A stretch of DNA of 64,000 bases from Candidatus Multivoradales bacterium (GTDB taxonomy: Bacteria > Acidobacteriota > Thermoanaerobaculia > Multivoradales > JAHEKO01): the NCBI GenBank assembly GCA_965223855.1, contig CBDCXM010000009.1, forward strand, positions 1,728,001-1,792,000. Reading direction: 5' to 3'. A program made the translations under genes and the position numbers. A model generated the notes under the pieces. It ran no database searches, was not told where the DNA came from, and saw nothing but the letters and a program-made list of their open reading frames with translations. Below are positions 1 through 10,230 of the stretch, in pieces (positions within the stretch are counted from its first letter, which is position 1; the number at the start of each line of letters is the position of its first letter).

Positions 1-2
1 CT

Positions 3-731
3 GAGGGAGAGGCCTTCGGCAACCTCGGCGGGGGGGCCTTCGAGGCCCTCGTCACCGCCGACGCTCGCGAGATCCTCGCGCGACGAGGCGATCGATCGGC
101 CCTCAAGCGCTACTACCTGACCGAGGACGCGGTAAAGGGCCAGGCGACGGGGATGGTGTGCGGCGGCATGATCGAGGTGTTCCTCGAGGTGCTGCGCGCG
201 CCGACGGTGCTGGTCGTCTGCGGTGGCGGCCCGGTGGGCCAGGCGGTAGCGCACCAGGGAGCGCTGTGCGGTTTCGACGTCGTCGTGGCCGAAGATCGGC
301 CGGCCTTCCGTCGCTCCGAACTGTTTCCGGAAGGTACGCGGCGGGTCGAGGTCGATCGCGACTACTCGGCTCCGTTTCTCGAGCCCTGGCACCACCGCCG
401 GCTCGCCGTCGCGATCGTTTCCAGGTGCTGGGAGACCGACCTGGCCGCCTGCCGTTCGGTGCTCGATCAGAGGCCGCCCGGGCCCGACTGTCTCGGTCTC
501 GACTATCTGGGGCTGATGGGGAGTCGGCGCAAGGTGGCACGAATCTCCTCGGAGCTCGAGAGCGCCGGTTACGACCTCGGCACCGTTGCGTGGCATGCGC
601 CGATCGGACTGCCGATCGGTGGTGAGACTCCGGCTGAGATCGCCCTGTCGATCGTCGCCGAGATCGTCGGTGAGCGCCATCGCTCTACCGCGGGGGAGGA
701 CGGACGTGACGAACCGGTTCGCATGGTCTAG
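3..731 (+). CDS. xdhC: XdhC/CoxI family molybdenum-hydroxylase accessory protein (5'-truncated by window edge)
   Basis: Frame open from base 3 (EGEAFGNLGGGAFE...). Motifs GMVCGGMIEVFLE, YLGLMGSRRK and HAPIGLPIGGETPAEIALSIVAEI are typical of XdhC. Confidence 0.9.
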   Translation, partial: EGEAFGNLGGGAFEALVTADAREILARRGDRSALKRYYLTEDAVKGQATGMVCGGMIEVFLEVLRAPTVLVVCGGGPVGQAVAHQGALCGFDVVVAEDRPAFRRSELFPEGTRRVEVDRDYSAPFLEPWHHRRLAVAIVSRCWETDLAACRSVLDQRPPGPDCLGLDYLGLMGSRRKVARISSELESAGYDLGTVAWHAPIGLPIGGETPAEIALSIVAEIVGERHRSTAGEDGRDEPVRMV

Positions 732-2586
732 GGGTTTGCCGAAGAGCCCTCGGGCGATTCGGCCCGCGATCTTCGTCCTGCTCGCCGCCGTGTTCGCTGC
801 CGGAGCTGTCGCGGCCAGCGACGGTTGGCAGTCGGCACCCCTTTACGGCGCCGACGTCCGCAGTCTCGCCTGGGATCCCTCGCAGGCCGGGCGGGTGCTG
901 GCCGGAACCTCGGCCGGCCAGATCTACGAGTCTCTCGATGGCGGCCGCAGTTGGGCTCCGCCGGGGGTCCGCGTGGCACTGCCGGGGTGGGTCGTGAGTC
1001 GGCTGGCCTTCGACCCGCACCATCCGGGCCGGGTCTGGGCGGCGCTGTGGGCGCTGTGGGGGAGTGCAGGCTCGGTAGCGGTGTCGGACGACGGCGGCTT
1101 CACCTGGGAGGACCGCGGTGCCGCGCTGCCCGACCGTCAGGTCTACACCCTGGCGCTGGCACCCGATCGCGCCGACGTCGTATGGGCGGCGACTCGCGAC
1201 GGCGTGTGGGGGAGCGTCGACGCCGGCGCGACCTGGCGCCATCTCACCGAGGAGCTGCCGCGCCTCGGCAAGGTCACGAGCCTGCTGGTCGATCCGTACG
1301 ACCCGAACATCCTCTACGCCGGGAGCTGGCGCCGTGCCTACCGCAGCCGCGACCGGGGAGAGACGTGGAACGGAATCTTCGACGGCATGGTGCTCGACTC
1401 CGAGGTGTTCTCGCTCGTTCCCGGTCCTGGCGGCGAGGGGGACCTGTGGGCCTCCACCTGCGGCTGGGTCTACAACGGGCGCGATCGCGGAGGTCGGTGG
1501 ACGCGCTACACCAACGGGCTGACCCAGAGGAGGGTGCCGAGCCTCGCCGTCCTGAAGGGAGGGCGAATTCTCGCCGGCACCGTGGAGGGGGTCTTCGGTT
1601 CGGACGATCGGGGACGCAGTTGGCGGCGCGCCGGCCCCCGAGCGGCCGTGACTTCGATCGCGCCGCATCCGACCGATCCGACCGTGGTGCTCTACGGCAG
1701 CGAAGGGGCCGGCGTCTGGCGCTCGAGCGACGGTGGGCGGAGTTTCACCCCCTCGGCGACCGGACTCGTCGGCCTCCGGGTTTCGTCGGTGGTGCCGGCG
1801 CCCGACGGCATCGCCGTCTCGGTTCGAGACTCCGAGGGGCTCGACGGCGTCCACGCTCTTCGCTCGGGCGGCACGGCGCCGGCAGGAATCAACGAACTGC
1901 CGGAGGTGCTGGCGCTCGCCCGGGATCGGACGGAGCTGTGGGCGGCGACCGAGGCGGGGCTGTGGCAGCTCGCCGGCGAGCGTTGGGCGAAGCTCGACGC
2001 GCTCTCCGAGCGCCGGGTGCTCGGAGTCTGGGCGCAGGACGGCCTGTGGGCCGCCCGCTCCCGCGAGGCGGTGGCTGCAGGAAACGCCGAGCGGACGGTC
2101 ACCTTCGAGCCTGGAGGAATCGTCCGGGGTGTCCGCCTGTGGCGCGGCGAAGTGTGGATCGCGAGCGACGAGGCGCTCTTCCGATGGAACCTCGACCACG
2201 TGGCGCGTCTCGACACTCCCGCTCCGGTCAGGGGGCTGGCGACAGACGGTTCTCAGCTTTACGCGCGAACCGCGGAGGGGATCTTCGCGTTCGACGGCAG
2301 CGTCTGGAGCCCGCTCGAACTCGGGCTTCGGAGACTGCTCGAGACCGGAGATCCGCAATGGCCGTTGCTGGCGGTCCACTACGACGGCTCGGTAAAGCTA
2401 GAGGCCTCCGATCGTGTCGAGGCGTTGCCGCTCGAGGTTCCGGTGCCGCCACGCGAGATCGCCGCGGCGCTGCTCGTTGGAGAGAGCCTCCACCTCGCGA
2501 CGACCGGCTACGGCCTGCTGACGGCTCCGCTGCCGTCGCTACCGGCAGAGACGGAAGCCGCCGAGCCGGTCGAAGCCAGCCCCTGA
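706..2586 (+). CDS. Secreted BNR/Asp-box repeat beta-propeller protein (Ycf48/VPS10/GH74-like)
   Basis: GTG at 706 follows GGAGGA. Signal peptide AIFVLLAAVFAAGAVAA. Repeated S-x-D-x-G-x-T/S-W boxes (SLDGGRSW, SDDGGFTW, SVDAGATW, SRDRGETW, SDDRGRSW). Confidence 0.8.
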   Translation: MTNRFAWSRGLPKSPRAIRPAIFVLLAAVFAAGAVAASDGWQSAPLYGADVRSLAWDPSQAGRVLAGTSAGQIYESLDGGRSWAPPGVRVALPGWVVSRLAFDPHHPGRVWAALWALWGSAGSVAVSDDGGFTWEDRGAALPDRQVYTLALAPDRADVVWAATRDGVWGSVDAGATWRHLTEELPRLGKVTSLLVDPYDPNILYAGSWRRAYRSRDRGETWNGIFDGMVLDSEVFSLVPGPGGEGDLWASTCGWVYNGRDRGGRWTRYTNGLTQRRVPSLAVLKGGRILAGTVEGVFGSDDRGRSWRRAGPRAAVTSIAPHPTDPTVVLYGSEGAGVWRSSDGGRSFTPSATGLVGLRVSSVVPAPDGIAVSVRDSEGLDGVHALRSGGTAPAGINELPEVLALARDRTELWAATEAGLWQLAGERWAKLDALSERRVLGVWAQDGLWAARSREAVAAGNAERTVTFEPGGIVRGVRLWRGEVWIASDEALFRWNLDHVARLDTPAPVRGLATDGSQLYARTAEGIFAFDGSVWSPLELGLRRLLETGDPQWPLLAVHYDGSVKLEASDRVEALPLEVPVPPREIAAALLVGESLHLATTGYGLLTAPLPSLPAETEAAEPVEASP

Positions 2587-2642
2587 CAGCGGTCGTCCTC
2601 CGGGGAGGGTCGGATCAGGGGCGGGGCCGACCTCGCAGGCGC

Positions 2643-4037
2643 TCAGCCGACGAGTTCGTCGGCTTCCTCTCGCGACAGGCCGAGCTTCTTCGCGTAATAG
2701 CGGAAGGATCGGAAGGTCATGCCGACGAGTTCCGCCGCCCGGGTCTGTACACCGCCCGAGCGATCGAGCGCCTGCTCCATCAGTTCCTTGCGCAGCGCAT
2801 CGAGATGCGCCTCCAGGTCGAGGCCGTTCTCGGGCAGCTCCGCCGCCCCAGCGGTCATCGAGCCGCCGCGCAGGAGATGGGTCGGGATGTCCTCCGCGGT
2901 CAGGGTGTCACTCGCGCTCAGCGCCATCGCCCGCTCGATCACGTTCTCGAGTTCGCGCACGTTGCCGGGCCACGCGTAGCGCTCGAGCATGCTCATCGCT
3001 TCGGCCGACATCCGCGGTTTCTCGACGCCGAGCTCGCGGCTGTACTTGTCGACGAAGAAGTCGATCAGGAGCGGAATGTCCTCGCGGCGGTCGCGTAGCG
3101 GCGGCACGCGGATCGGAATCACGTTGATCCGGTAGTAGAGGTCCTCGCGGAACTCACCGGTGCGGATCATCTGCTGCAAGTCCTGGTTGGTCGCGGCGAC
3201 GATCCGGGTGTCGACGCGCTCCTCGGTGTTGCCGCCGACCTGGCGGATCTTCTTCTCCTGCAGCGCCCGCAGCAGCTTGACCTGCATCGGCGGGGTCATC
3301 TCGCCGATCTCGTCGAGCAGCAGCGTGCCGCGGTTGGCCGCCTGGAACATCCCCTTCTTGTCGGAGATCGCGCCGGTGAAGGAGCCGCGCTTGTGGCCGA
3401 AGAGCTCGCTCTCGAGCAGGTTCTCCGGCAGCGCTCCGCAGTTGACCGACAGAAACTTGTGCGACGCCCGCGGCCCGGCGTAGTGGATCGCCCGGGCGAT
3501 CAGCTCCTTGCCGGTGCCGCTCTCGCCTTCGAGCAGGATGGTCGAACTCGTCTTCGCCACCCGTTCGATGAGGGCGAAGATCTCCTGCATCTTCCGGCTC
3601 TGGCCGACGATGTTCGAGAACTGGTACTTCTGCTCGAGCTCACGGCGAAGGTAGACGTTCTCGTCGATCAGCTCGTTCTTCTCGAGCGCCTTCTGGACGG
3701 TGACCTTGATTTCGTCGACGTCGAACGGCTTCGACAGGTAGTCGTAGGCGCCGAGCTTCATCGCCTCGATCGCCGTCTTGGTGGAGGTATAGGCGGTCAT
3801 CATGATGACCGAGGTGGAGGAGCTGCGACCGCGAATCTCCTCGAGCAGCTCGAGCCCGCTGCCGTCCGGCATCATGATGTCGCACAGAACGAGGTTGAAA
3901 TCGCCGCCGCTCCAGCGTTCGCGCCCCTCGCCCACCGACTGCGCGGTCGCCACCCGGTAGCCCTCCTCGACGAGGAGAACCTCGAGGAAGTCGAGCATGC
4001 TCTGCTCGTCGTCGACAACGAGGATGCTGGCAGTCAT
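2643..4037 (-). CDS. pilR: Sigma-54-dependent response regulator, PilR-like
   Basis: Receiver domain (ILVVDDE, DIMMP), AAA+ domain [33 protein letters not shown] and C-terminal HTH (GMTFRSFRY). Lies downstream of pilTC-pilS. Confidence 0.88.
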   Translation of the reverse strand: MTASILVVDDEQSMLDFLEVLLVEEGYRVATAQSVGEGRERWSGGDFNLVLCDIMMPDGSGLELLEEIRGRSSSTSVIMMTAYTSTKTAIEAMKLGAYDYLSKPFDVDEIKVTVQKALEKNELIDENVYLRRELEQKYQFSNIVGQSRKMQEIFALIERVAKTSSTILLEGESGTGKELIARAIHYAGPRASHKFLSVNCGALPENLLESELFGHKRGSFTGAISDKKGMFQAANRGTLLLDEIGEMTPPMQVKLLRALQEKKIRQVGGNTEERVDTRIVAATNQDLQQMIRTGEFREDLYYRINVIPIRVPPLRDRREDIPLLIDFFVDKYSRELGVEKPRMSAEAMSMLERYAWPGNVRELENVIERAMALSASDTLTAEDIPTHLLRGGSMTAGAAELPENGLDLEAHLDALRKELMEQALDRSGGVQTRAAELVGMTFRSFRYYAKKLGLSREEADELVG

Positions 4038-5692
4038 GCGGACGACGCCAGGAGGGGCCGTGCCACCGGCAGCTCGACGTGGACGGCCGTGCCTTCGCCT
4101 TCGGCGCTCTCGACGTTCACGCGGCCTCCGTGCTCTTCGACGATCCGGTAGACGATCGCCATTCCGATGCCGGTACCACCGCTGAAGGAGGAGCGAAACG
4201 GATCGAACAGGGATGCGCGGGTCTTCTCGGTCATGCCCCTGCCGTTGTCGCGGATCGAGATTCTGTAAACCCCCTCTTCGAGTCTACCGTGAACGTCGAT
4301 CCGGCCCGCGTCGGACAGCGCCCGTAGCGCGTTGCGGGTGAGGTTCCAGAAGATCTGCGAGATCTGATCGGGGTCGGCGAGGATCTCGGTGTCCCCCCCG
4401 TCGAGCTCGAGGTGAACCTCGTGCCCGGGAAGCAGCTCGTCGCTGTTGCGCAGCAGCTCGGTGTTCGATCGCAGCAGCTCGGCGACGTCGAAGCGCACGC
4501 TCGCCCTCTCCTTGGGCCGCGCGAACTGCAGGAAGCTCTTGATGATCCGGTCGAGCCGCCGGCTCTCCTTGAGGATGATGTCGAGGAGCGTGCGCTGGGA
4601 AGACCCCTCGGCGAGGCTCGGCTGCAGCATCTGCGCCGACCCGGAGAGTGCCGCCAGCGGGTTGCCGATCTCGTGAGCGATGCCCGCCGCCATCTCGCCG
4701 ACCGCCGCCATCCGTTCCTTGAGATGCACCTCGGCCTGGAGCTGCTTCCAGTCGCGCAGGTCCTGGAAGACGAGAATGTGCCCCGCAGGATCGCCCGAAG
4801 CCGAGGTCAGGCTGGTCAGTGAGTAACCGATCGGCCGGAGCTCACCATGGCGCTCGAACAGCACCTCGTTGCGATCGTGAGAAGGGGCCGCCTCCTGCGT
4901 GATCTCGTCCCAGCTCAGCCCGCGGAAGAGGCCGGTGTCCTGGACCGGCCGGCCGACCGGTGTTCCCATCGTGAGATCGAGGATCGAGTGAGCGGCGCGG
5001 TTGGCCGTCATCACCTGGCCGTCGCCGTCGAGCGTGATCAACCCGCTGGGGATCGACTCGATGATGTCGCGATGAAGCGTTTCCAGATGTGCGAGTTCGC
5101 GCTGCGCCCTCTGGATGTCGCGCGCCAGACGTGACGCGAGGATCGCCACCAGCGCGAAACCGGCGAGATGGAAGGCGAGGCTGTAGTTGAGGCCCGTCAG
5201 GCTGTCGTCGGTCGCCGGCGTGCCGGGGATCCAGCCGTAGTGGCGGGCGAGCGCCGCCAGCGCGTAGAACATCCAGGCGAACGCCGCCGTCCACAAACCC
5301 CGTCGCCGTCCGAGCGAGGTGGCGACGACGATGATGACGAGGAAGTAGAGAACCGAAAAGGGGCTCCGCCCACCGCCGAAGAGATAGACGAGCGCCGTGG
5401 TGAGCGCCAGGTCGGAGGCGACGTGGAGTCCCGCCTGCACCCTCAGCGGCAGGCCGCCTTGCTGGTGGATCAGCAGGAACAGCAGGTTGACCGAGGCTGC
5501 GCCGATCAGCAGCGTGTAGATGATGCCGTCGCGCGGCGGGTCGGCGAGCGGCGCCTCGAGGAAGACGCGCAGCAGGAAGAAGGCGAAGAGGAAGCTCAGG
5601 ATGCCGACGAGACGGACGAAGATGCCCCGGCCGAGCGACCGCGAAAGGCGGTCGTCGTCCAGCAGCAACCGAGCCGCGTCGCGCTTCGTCAC
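4034..5692 (-). CDS. pilS: PAS-containing membrane sensor histidine kinase, PilS-like
   Basis: N-terminal TM helices, PAS (IIESIPSGLITLD), H-box AHEIGNPL, N/G boxes NLTRNA, DNGRG and GTGIG. Confidence 0.88.
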   Translation of the reverse strand: MTKRDAARLLLDDDRLSRSLGRGIFVRLVGILSFLFAFFLLRVFLEAPLADPPRDGIIYTLLIGAASVNLLFLLIHQQGGLPLRVQAGLHVASDLALTTALVYLFGGGRSPFSVLYFLVIIVVATSLGRRRGLWTAAFAWMFYALAALARHYGWIPGTPATDDSLTGLNYSLAFHLAGFALVAILASRLARDIQRAQRELAHLETLHRDIIESIPSGLITLDGDGQVMTANRAAHSILDLTMGTPVGRPVQDTGLFRGLSWDEITQEAAPSHDRNEVLFERHGELRPIGYSLTSLTSASGDPAGHILVFQDLRDWKQLQAEVHLKERMAAVGEMAAGIAHEIGNPLAALSGSAQMLQPSLAEGSSQRTLLDIILKESRRLDRIIKSFLQFARPKERASVRFDVAELLRSNTELLRNSDELLPGHEVHLELDGGDTEILADPDQISQIFWNLTRNALRALSDAGRIDVHGRLEEGVYRISIRDNGRGMTEKTRASLFDPFRSSFSGGTGIGMAIVYRIVEEHGGRVNVESAEGEGTAVHVELPVARPLLASSA

Positions 5693-5742
5693 GCGTCAGC
5701 CCGTCCTTCTCACGCTGCAGTGGCCTCTTCCGGCCCCGCCCG

Positions 5743-6948
5743 CTACGAGATGCGGCCGAGAATCGTGTAGAGAGGCAGGTACATCGCCGTCACGATCACG
5801 CCGATCACACCGCCGAGGAAGACGATCATGATCGGCTCCAGCAGCTTGATCATCCCCTGAACGGCGGTGTCGACCTCGTCCTCGTAGAAGTCCGCGATCT
5901 TCGAGAGCATCTGGTCGAGCGCGCCGGTCTGCTCGCCGACGTTGACCATCTGGACGACCATCGTCGGAAAGACCTTGGTCTCGCGCAGCGGTCCGCTGAG
6001 GGTCTTGCCCTCCTCGACGCTCTTCCTGACCGCCATGATGGCGTCTTCGACGATCGCATTGCCGGAGGTCTTGGCGGTGATCTCGAGCCCGTCGAGGATC
6101 GGAACACCGGAGGAGGTGAGCGTACCGAGGGTGCGACAGAAGCGGGCCACGGCGATCTTGCGGATCAGCGGGCCGATGATCGGTGTTCGCAGCAGCAGTC
6201 CATCGATGACCCGCCGCCCCCGCTCGGTCTTGTAGTAGCCGCGGACGGCCAGCCCGATCACGAACAGGAGGATTGCGATCAGCCATGAATAGCTGGCGAC
6301 GATGTTGCTCGCCTTGACCACCATGCGGGTGAGCCAGGGCAGTTCCCCGCCGAGGCCGGCGAAGAGCTGGGTGAAGACCGGGATCACCTTCCACAGGATC
6401 ACCCAGACGACGATCACCGCGATGACGATCACCGTCACCGGGTAGATCAGCGCCGAGCGGATCTGGCTGCGCAGCTTGTAGAGCTTCTCGAGGTAGGTCG
6501 AGAGGCGCTGGAGGATGATGTCGAGGATACCGCCCGCCTCGCCGGCGGCGACCATGCTCACGAACAGGTTGTCGAAGGCGGCAGGGTGCTTGCGCATCGC
6601 GTCGGCCAGACTGGCGCCGCTCTCGACGTCCGCCTGAACCGCGCTGATGATGTCGCGAAACTTCTTGTTCTCCTGCTGTTCGGCCAGGATCTCGAGGCAC
6701 TGCACCAGAGGCAGACCGGCATCGAGCATCACCGAGAACTGCCGGGTGAAGATCGCGATCGTCTTGATGTTGATGCGACGGGGAAGCCGCTTCATGAAGG
6801 GGATCTGGCGCCCCTTCTGGCGGATCGACGAGACCCGGATCTGCTGACGGCGCAGCGAGGCGACCGCCGCCTCACGGGAGTCTGCGACGAGCACCCCTTC
6901 CTGAAACTGTCCGCCCCGGGTGCGGCCCTTCCAAGCGAAACTAGGCAT
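5743..6948 (-). CDS. pilC: Type IV pilus inner-membrane platform protein PilC (T2SS F family)
   Basis: FTRQFSVMLDAGLPLVQCL, AGEAGGILD, VGEQTGALDQML, LLEPIMIVFLG and AMYLPL motifs. Confidence 0.95.
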   Translation of the reverse strand: MPSFAWKGRTRGGQFQEGVLVADSREAAVASLRRQQIRVSSIRQKGRQIPFMKRLPRRINIKTIAIFTRQFSVMLDAGLPLVQCLEILAEQQENKKFRDIISAVQADVESGASLADAMRKHPAAFDNLFVSMVAAGEAGGILDIILQRLSTYLEKLYKLRSQIRSALIYPVTVIVIAVIVVWVILWKVIPVFTQLFAGLGGELPWLTRMVVKASNIVASYSWLIAILLFVIGLAVRGYYKTERGRRVIDGLLLRTPIIGPLIRKIAVARFCRTLGTLTSSGVPILDGLEITAKTSGNAIVEDAIMAVRKSVEEGKTLSGPLRETKVFPTMVVQMVNVGEQTGALDQMLSKIADFYEDEVDTAVQGMIKLLEPIMIVFLGGVIGVIVTAMYLPLYTILGRIS

Positions 6949-6949
6949 C

Positions 6950-8074
6950 CTAGCTGGCCCTCACTGTCTGGTTCTGGGTCGCCCGCAACGACGGGTTCAG
7001 AGCCCCGGCGCCGCGTTCGATGATCTCCTGCAGCTCCTCCGCGTTCGAGGAACGGGACAGGGCGGTCTGCAGGTTGATCTGGCGGCGGAAGTAGAGCGCC
7101 GCCAGCGACTGATTGAAGGTCTGCATCCCGTACCTCGACTGGCCGGTCTGCATCATGCCGTAGATCTGGTGCACCTTGTCCTCGCGGATCAGATTGCGGA
7201 TCGCCGAGTTCGGCACCATGATCTCCATCGCCAGCGCGCGCCCCTTGCCGCTGGCGCGCGGCAGCAGCGACTGACACAGGATCGCCTCGAGCACGAACGA
7301 GAGCTGCACCCGGATCTGCCCCTGCTGGTGGGGTGGGAAGACGTCGATGATTCGGTTGATCGTCTGTGCCGCCGAGTTGGTGTGGAGGGTGGCGAAGGTC
7401 AGGTGACCGGTCTCGGCGATGCGCAGCGCCGCCTCCACCGTCTCGTAGTCGCGCATCTCACCGACGAGCACGACGTCCGGATCCTGACGCAGGACCGACT
7501 TGAGCGCGTTCTTGAAGGAGTGGGTGTCGGCCTCGAGCTCGCGCTGGTTGACGATGCAGCTCTTGTGCGAGTGGAGGTACTCGATCGGGTCTTCGATGGT
7601 GACGATGTGCTCGCTGCGCTCGCGATTGACCTTGTCGAGGATCGTCGCCAGCGTCGTCGACTTACCCGACCCGGTGGGGCCGGTGACGAGGATCAGTCCG
7701 CGCGGCTTGTCGGCGAGCTTCTCGACCGTCGTCGGGATCCCCAGCTCACGGAAAGAGCGGATCTCGAACGGGATCTGGCGAAACGCCCCGGCGAGGGCGC
7801 CACGCTGGTTGTAGACGTTGGCGCGGAACCGCGCGAGACCCTTGATGCCGAAGGAGAAGTCGATCTCGAGATTCTCCTCGAGCCGCTGCTTCTGTTTGTC
7901 GGTGAGGATCGAGTAGACGAGCTGTTTCGTCTGCGTCGGGTTGAGGTCGGGCTGGTTCAACGGGTGGAGAACGCCGTCGATCCGGATCTGCGGCGGAGCA
8001 CTGGTGGTCAGATGGAGGTCGGAGGCACCGCGTTCCACCGTCTCCTTGAGCATCTCGTTGAGCGTCAGTGTCAT
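6950..8074 (-). CDS. pilT: Type IV pilus retraction ATPase PilT
   Basis: GPTGSGKSTT, TIEDPIE, LRQDPDVVLVGEMRD, AETGHL, ATLHTN and the PilT-specific AIRNLIRE motif. Confidence 0.97.
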   Translation of the reverse strand: MTLTLNEMLKETVERGASDLHLTTSAPPQIRIDGVLHPLNQPDLNPTQTKQLVYSILTDKQKQRLEENLEIDFSFGIKGLARFRANVYNQRGALAGAFRQIPFEIRSFRELGIPTTVEKLADKPRGLILVTGPTGSGKSTTLATILDKVNRERSEHIVTIEDPIEYLHSHKSCIVNQRELEADTHSFKNALKSVLRQDPDVVLVGEMRDYETVEAALRIAETGHLTFATLHTNSAAQTINRIIDVFPPHQQGQIRVQLSFVLEAILCQSLLPRASGKGRALAMEIMVPNSAIRNLIREDKVHQIYGMMQTGQSRYGMQTFNQSLAALYFRRQINLQTALSRSSNAEELQEIIERGAGALNPSLRATQNQTVRAS

Positions 8075-8264
8075 CGCATGTCGACCTTACCGAAGTGCCG
8101 TTTTCCCGGCGCGAGGCCGCGCCCGAACCACGACGGGAGTGCGTGGATAGCTCGTAAGTGCCTATCGTTGCAGGCTTTTTGAGCTTATAACACGATTGTA
8201 GACGATCCCGGGCGAGGAATGTCACACGGGCGCCGAAATCGTGGCGGGGAGGGGCCGCCGCCGT

Positions 8265-8273
8265 TGCTATTCT
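8265..8273 (+). promoter_or_regulatory. Putative extended -10 element for a leaderless transcript
   Basis: TGCTATTCT ends 7 nt before the ATG at 8281. No Shine-Dalgarno sequence is present. Confidence 0.5.
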
Positions 8274-8280
8274 CGCCGCG

Positions 8281-10167
8281 ATGGCGGAACTCCCGGAGCT
8301 GTTGGAAGAGACCCCGACGCGCCCGGTCTACGACTGGGAGCTGTTCCGCCGTCTGCTCGGCTATCTCACCCGCTACCGGGGGCGCGCGGCGGCCGCGGTC
8401 GGCCTGATCGTCCTCTCCTCGCTGCTGCAGCTCGTCGGGCCGCTGGCGACGGCGCTGGCGCTCGACCTCTACCTGCGCCCGGGCACAGGTGGCGGGGCCG
8501 GGAGTGGCGGCGACGGAGGCGGCGAGGCACCCTCCGGCCTCGCCCGGCGGCTCGAGGAGGCGTGGCTGTCACAGAGCTCGCTCGACCCGGCCGCGGGACT
8601 GGCGGCGATCGCCGCGGTCTATCTGGTCGCCCTGGTGCTGGCGGCGTTCGTCCTGTGGGCGCAGGGGTGGATCATGCAGACCACGGGGCAGGCGATCATG
8701 GCCGACCTGCGGCGCGATCTCTTCGCGGCGCTCCAGCGCCAGTCGGTCGACTACTTCGATCGCCATCCGATCGGCCGGCTGGTGACGCGGGTGACGAACG
8801 ACGTCGATTCGCTCAACGAGCTCTTCACCGCCGGGCTGGTGTCGATCTTCGGCGACGTCATGCTGCTGGGCGGCATCGTCGTCACCCTCTTCTGGCTCGA
8901 CTGGCGCCTCGCGCTCGTCACCTTCGCCATCCTGCCGCTCCTCTTCGGCCTTTCGGTGTGGTTCAAGAAGCGGGCGCGCGAGAGCTACCGCAAGGTGCGG
9001 GTGCGGCTCGCCCACATCAACGCCTACCTGCAGGAGCACGTCACCGGGATGAGCGTCGTGCAGCTCTTCGGCCGCGAGCGGGCGACCGCCGAGCGGTTCG
9101 CCGAGATCGACGACGAGCACCGCGCCGCCAACCTCGAGGCGATCTTCTACTACGCCGTCTACTACCCGATGGTCGAGCTGATTACCGCGCTCGGCCTGGG
9201 GCTCATCCTGTGGTTCGGCGGGGTGCAGGTGATGGCGGGGGCGCTCACTCTCGGCGTCCTCGTCGCCTTCCTCCAGTACGCGCAGCGCTTCTATCAGCCG
9301 CTCGCCGACCTGTCGGAGAAGTACAACATCCTCCAGAGCGCGATGGCGAGCTCCGAGCGGGTGTTCGACCTGCTCGACAGCGAGCCGCGGGTCGCGAGCC
9401 CGATCGATGGCTGGCGGCCGGAGGTGACGGAGGGGCGGATCGACTTTCGCTCGATCGACTTCGCCTACGTCGAGGGGGAGCCGGTGCTGAAGAAGCTCGA
9501 CCTCACCGTCGAGCCGGGGGAGACGGTGGCGATCGTCGGCCATACGGGAGCGGGCAAGAGCACGCTCGCCAACCTGCTGCTGCGGCTCTACGACGTCGAT
9601 CGGGGAGCGGTCGAGGTCGACGGCATCGACGTGCGCCGCTGGGATCTGGCGGAGCTGCGCTCGAGCATCGGTCTGGTGCTGCAGGATGTCTTCCTCTTCT
9701 CGGGCACGGTGGCCGAGAATATCCACCTCGGCAACCCCGCCATCCGGCGCGAGGCGGTCGAGGAGGCGGCGCGTGAAGTCGGCGCGGACCGCTTCATCGG
9801 CGCTCTCGAGCAGGGGTACGACGCCGTCGTCCACGAGCGCGGCGCCGGGCTCTCGGTCGGCCAGAAGCAGCTGGTCGCCTTCGCCCGCGCACTGGCGGCC
9901 GACCCGCGGATCCTGGTGCTCGACGAGGCGACGTCGTCGATCGACACCGAGACCGAGGCGCAGATCCAGCGTGCCCTCGACCGCCTGCTCGTCGGCCGCA
10001 CCAGCCTCGTCATCGCCCACCGCCTGTCGACCCTTCAGCAGGCCGATCGGATCGCCGTTCTGCACCAGGGAGAGTTGAGGGAGCTCGGCACCCATCAGGA
10101 GCTGCTGGCGATGCGAGGCATCTACCACCGGCTCTATCTCCTCCAGTACGGTGCCGAGGTCGCCTGA
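8281..10167 (+). CDS. ABC exporter, fused TMD-NBD (MdlB/MsbA-like)
   Basis: TM domain, Walker A GHTGAGKS, signature LSVGQKQL, Walker B LVLDEATSSID and IAHRLST. Confidence 0.93.
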   Translation: MAELPELLEETPTRPVYDWELFRRLLGYLTRYRGRAAAAVGLIVLSSLLQLVGPLATALALDLYLRPGTGGGAGSGGDGGGEAPSGLARRLEEAWLSQSSLDPAAGLAAIAAVYLVALVLAAFVLWAQGWIMQTTGQAIMADLRRDLFAALQRQSVDYFDRHPIGRLVTRVTNDVDSLNELFTAGLVSIFGDVMLLGGIVVTLFWLDWRLALVTFAILPLLFGLSVWFKKRARESYRKVRVRLAHINAYLQEHVTGMSVVQLFGRERATAERFAEIDDEHRAANLEAIFYYAVYYPMVELITALGLGLILWFGGVQVMAGALTLGVLVAFLQYAQRFYQPLADLSEKYNILQSAMASSERVFDLLDSEPRVASPIDGWRPEVTEGRIDFRSIDFAYVEGEPVLKKLDLTVEPGETVAIVGHTGAGKSTLANLLLRLYDVDRGAVEVDGIDVRRWDLAELRSSIGLVLQDVFLFSGTVAENIHLGNPAIRREAVEEAAREVGADRFIGALEQGYDAVVHERGAGLSVGQKQLVAFARALAADPRILVLDEATSSIDTETEAQIQRALDRLLVGRTSLVIAHRLSTLQQADRIAVLHQGELRELGTHQELLAMRGIYHRLYLLQYGAEVA

Positions 10168-10230
10168 AGGGCGCCCTCTCTCCCTGCCGCTGGCGTAGGA
10201 TCGCGGCATCTTGATCTCACAGGTTGTTTC

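Noticed and set aside
8150-8200. AT-rich imperfect palindrome upstream of pilT as a dif site or sigma-54 promoter
   Set aside because: The symmetry is weak and there is no convincing GG-N10-GC consensus or XerC/D arm. It is more simply an ordinary promoter (minus-strand TACAAT at 8200-8195).
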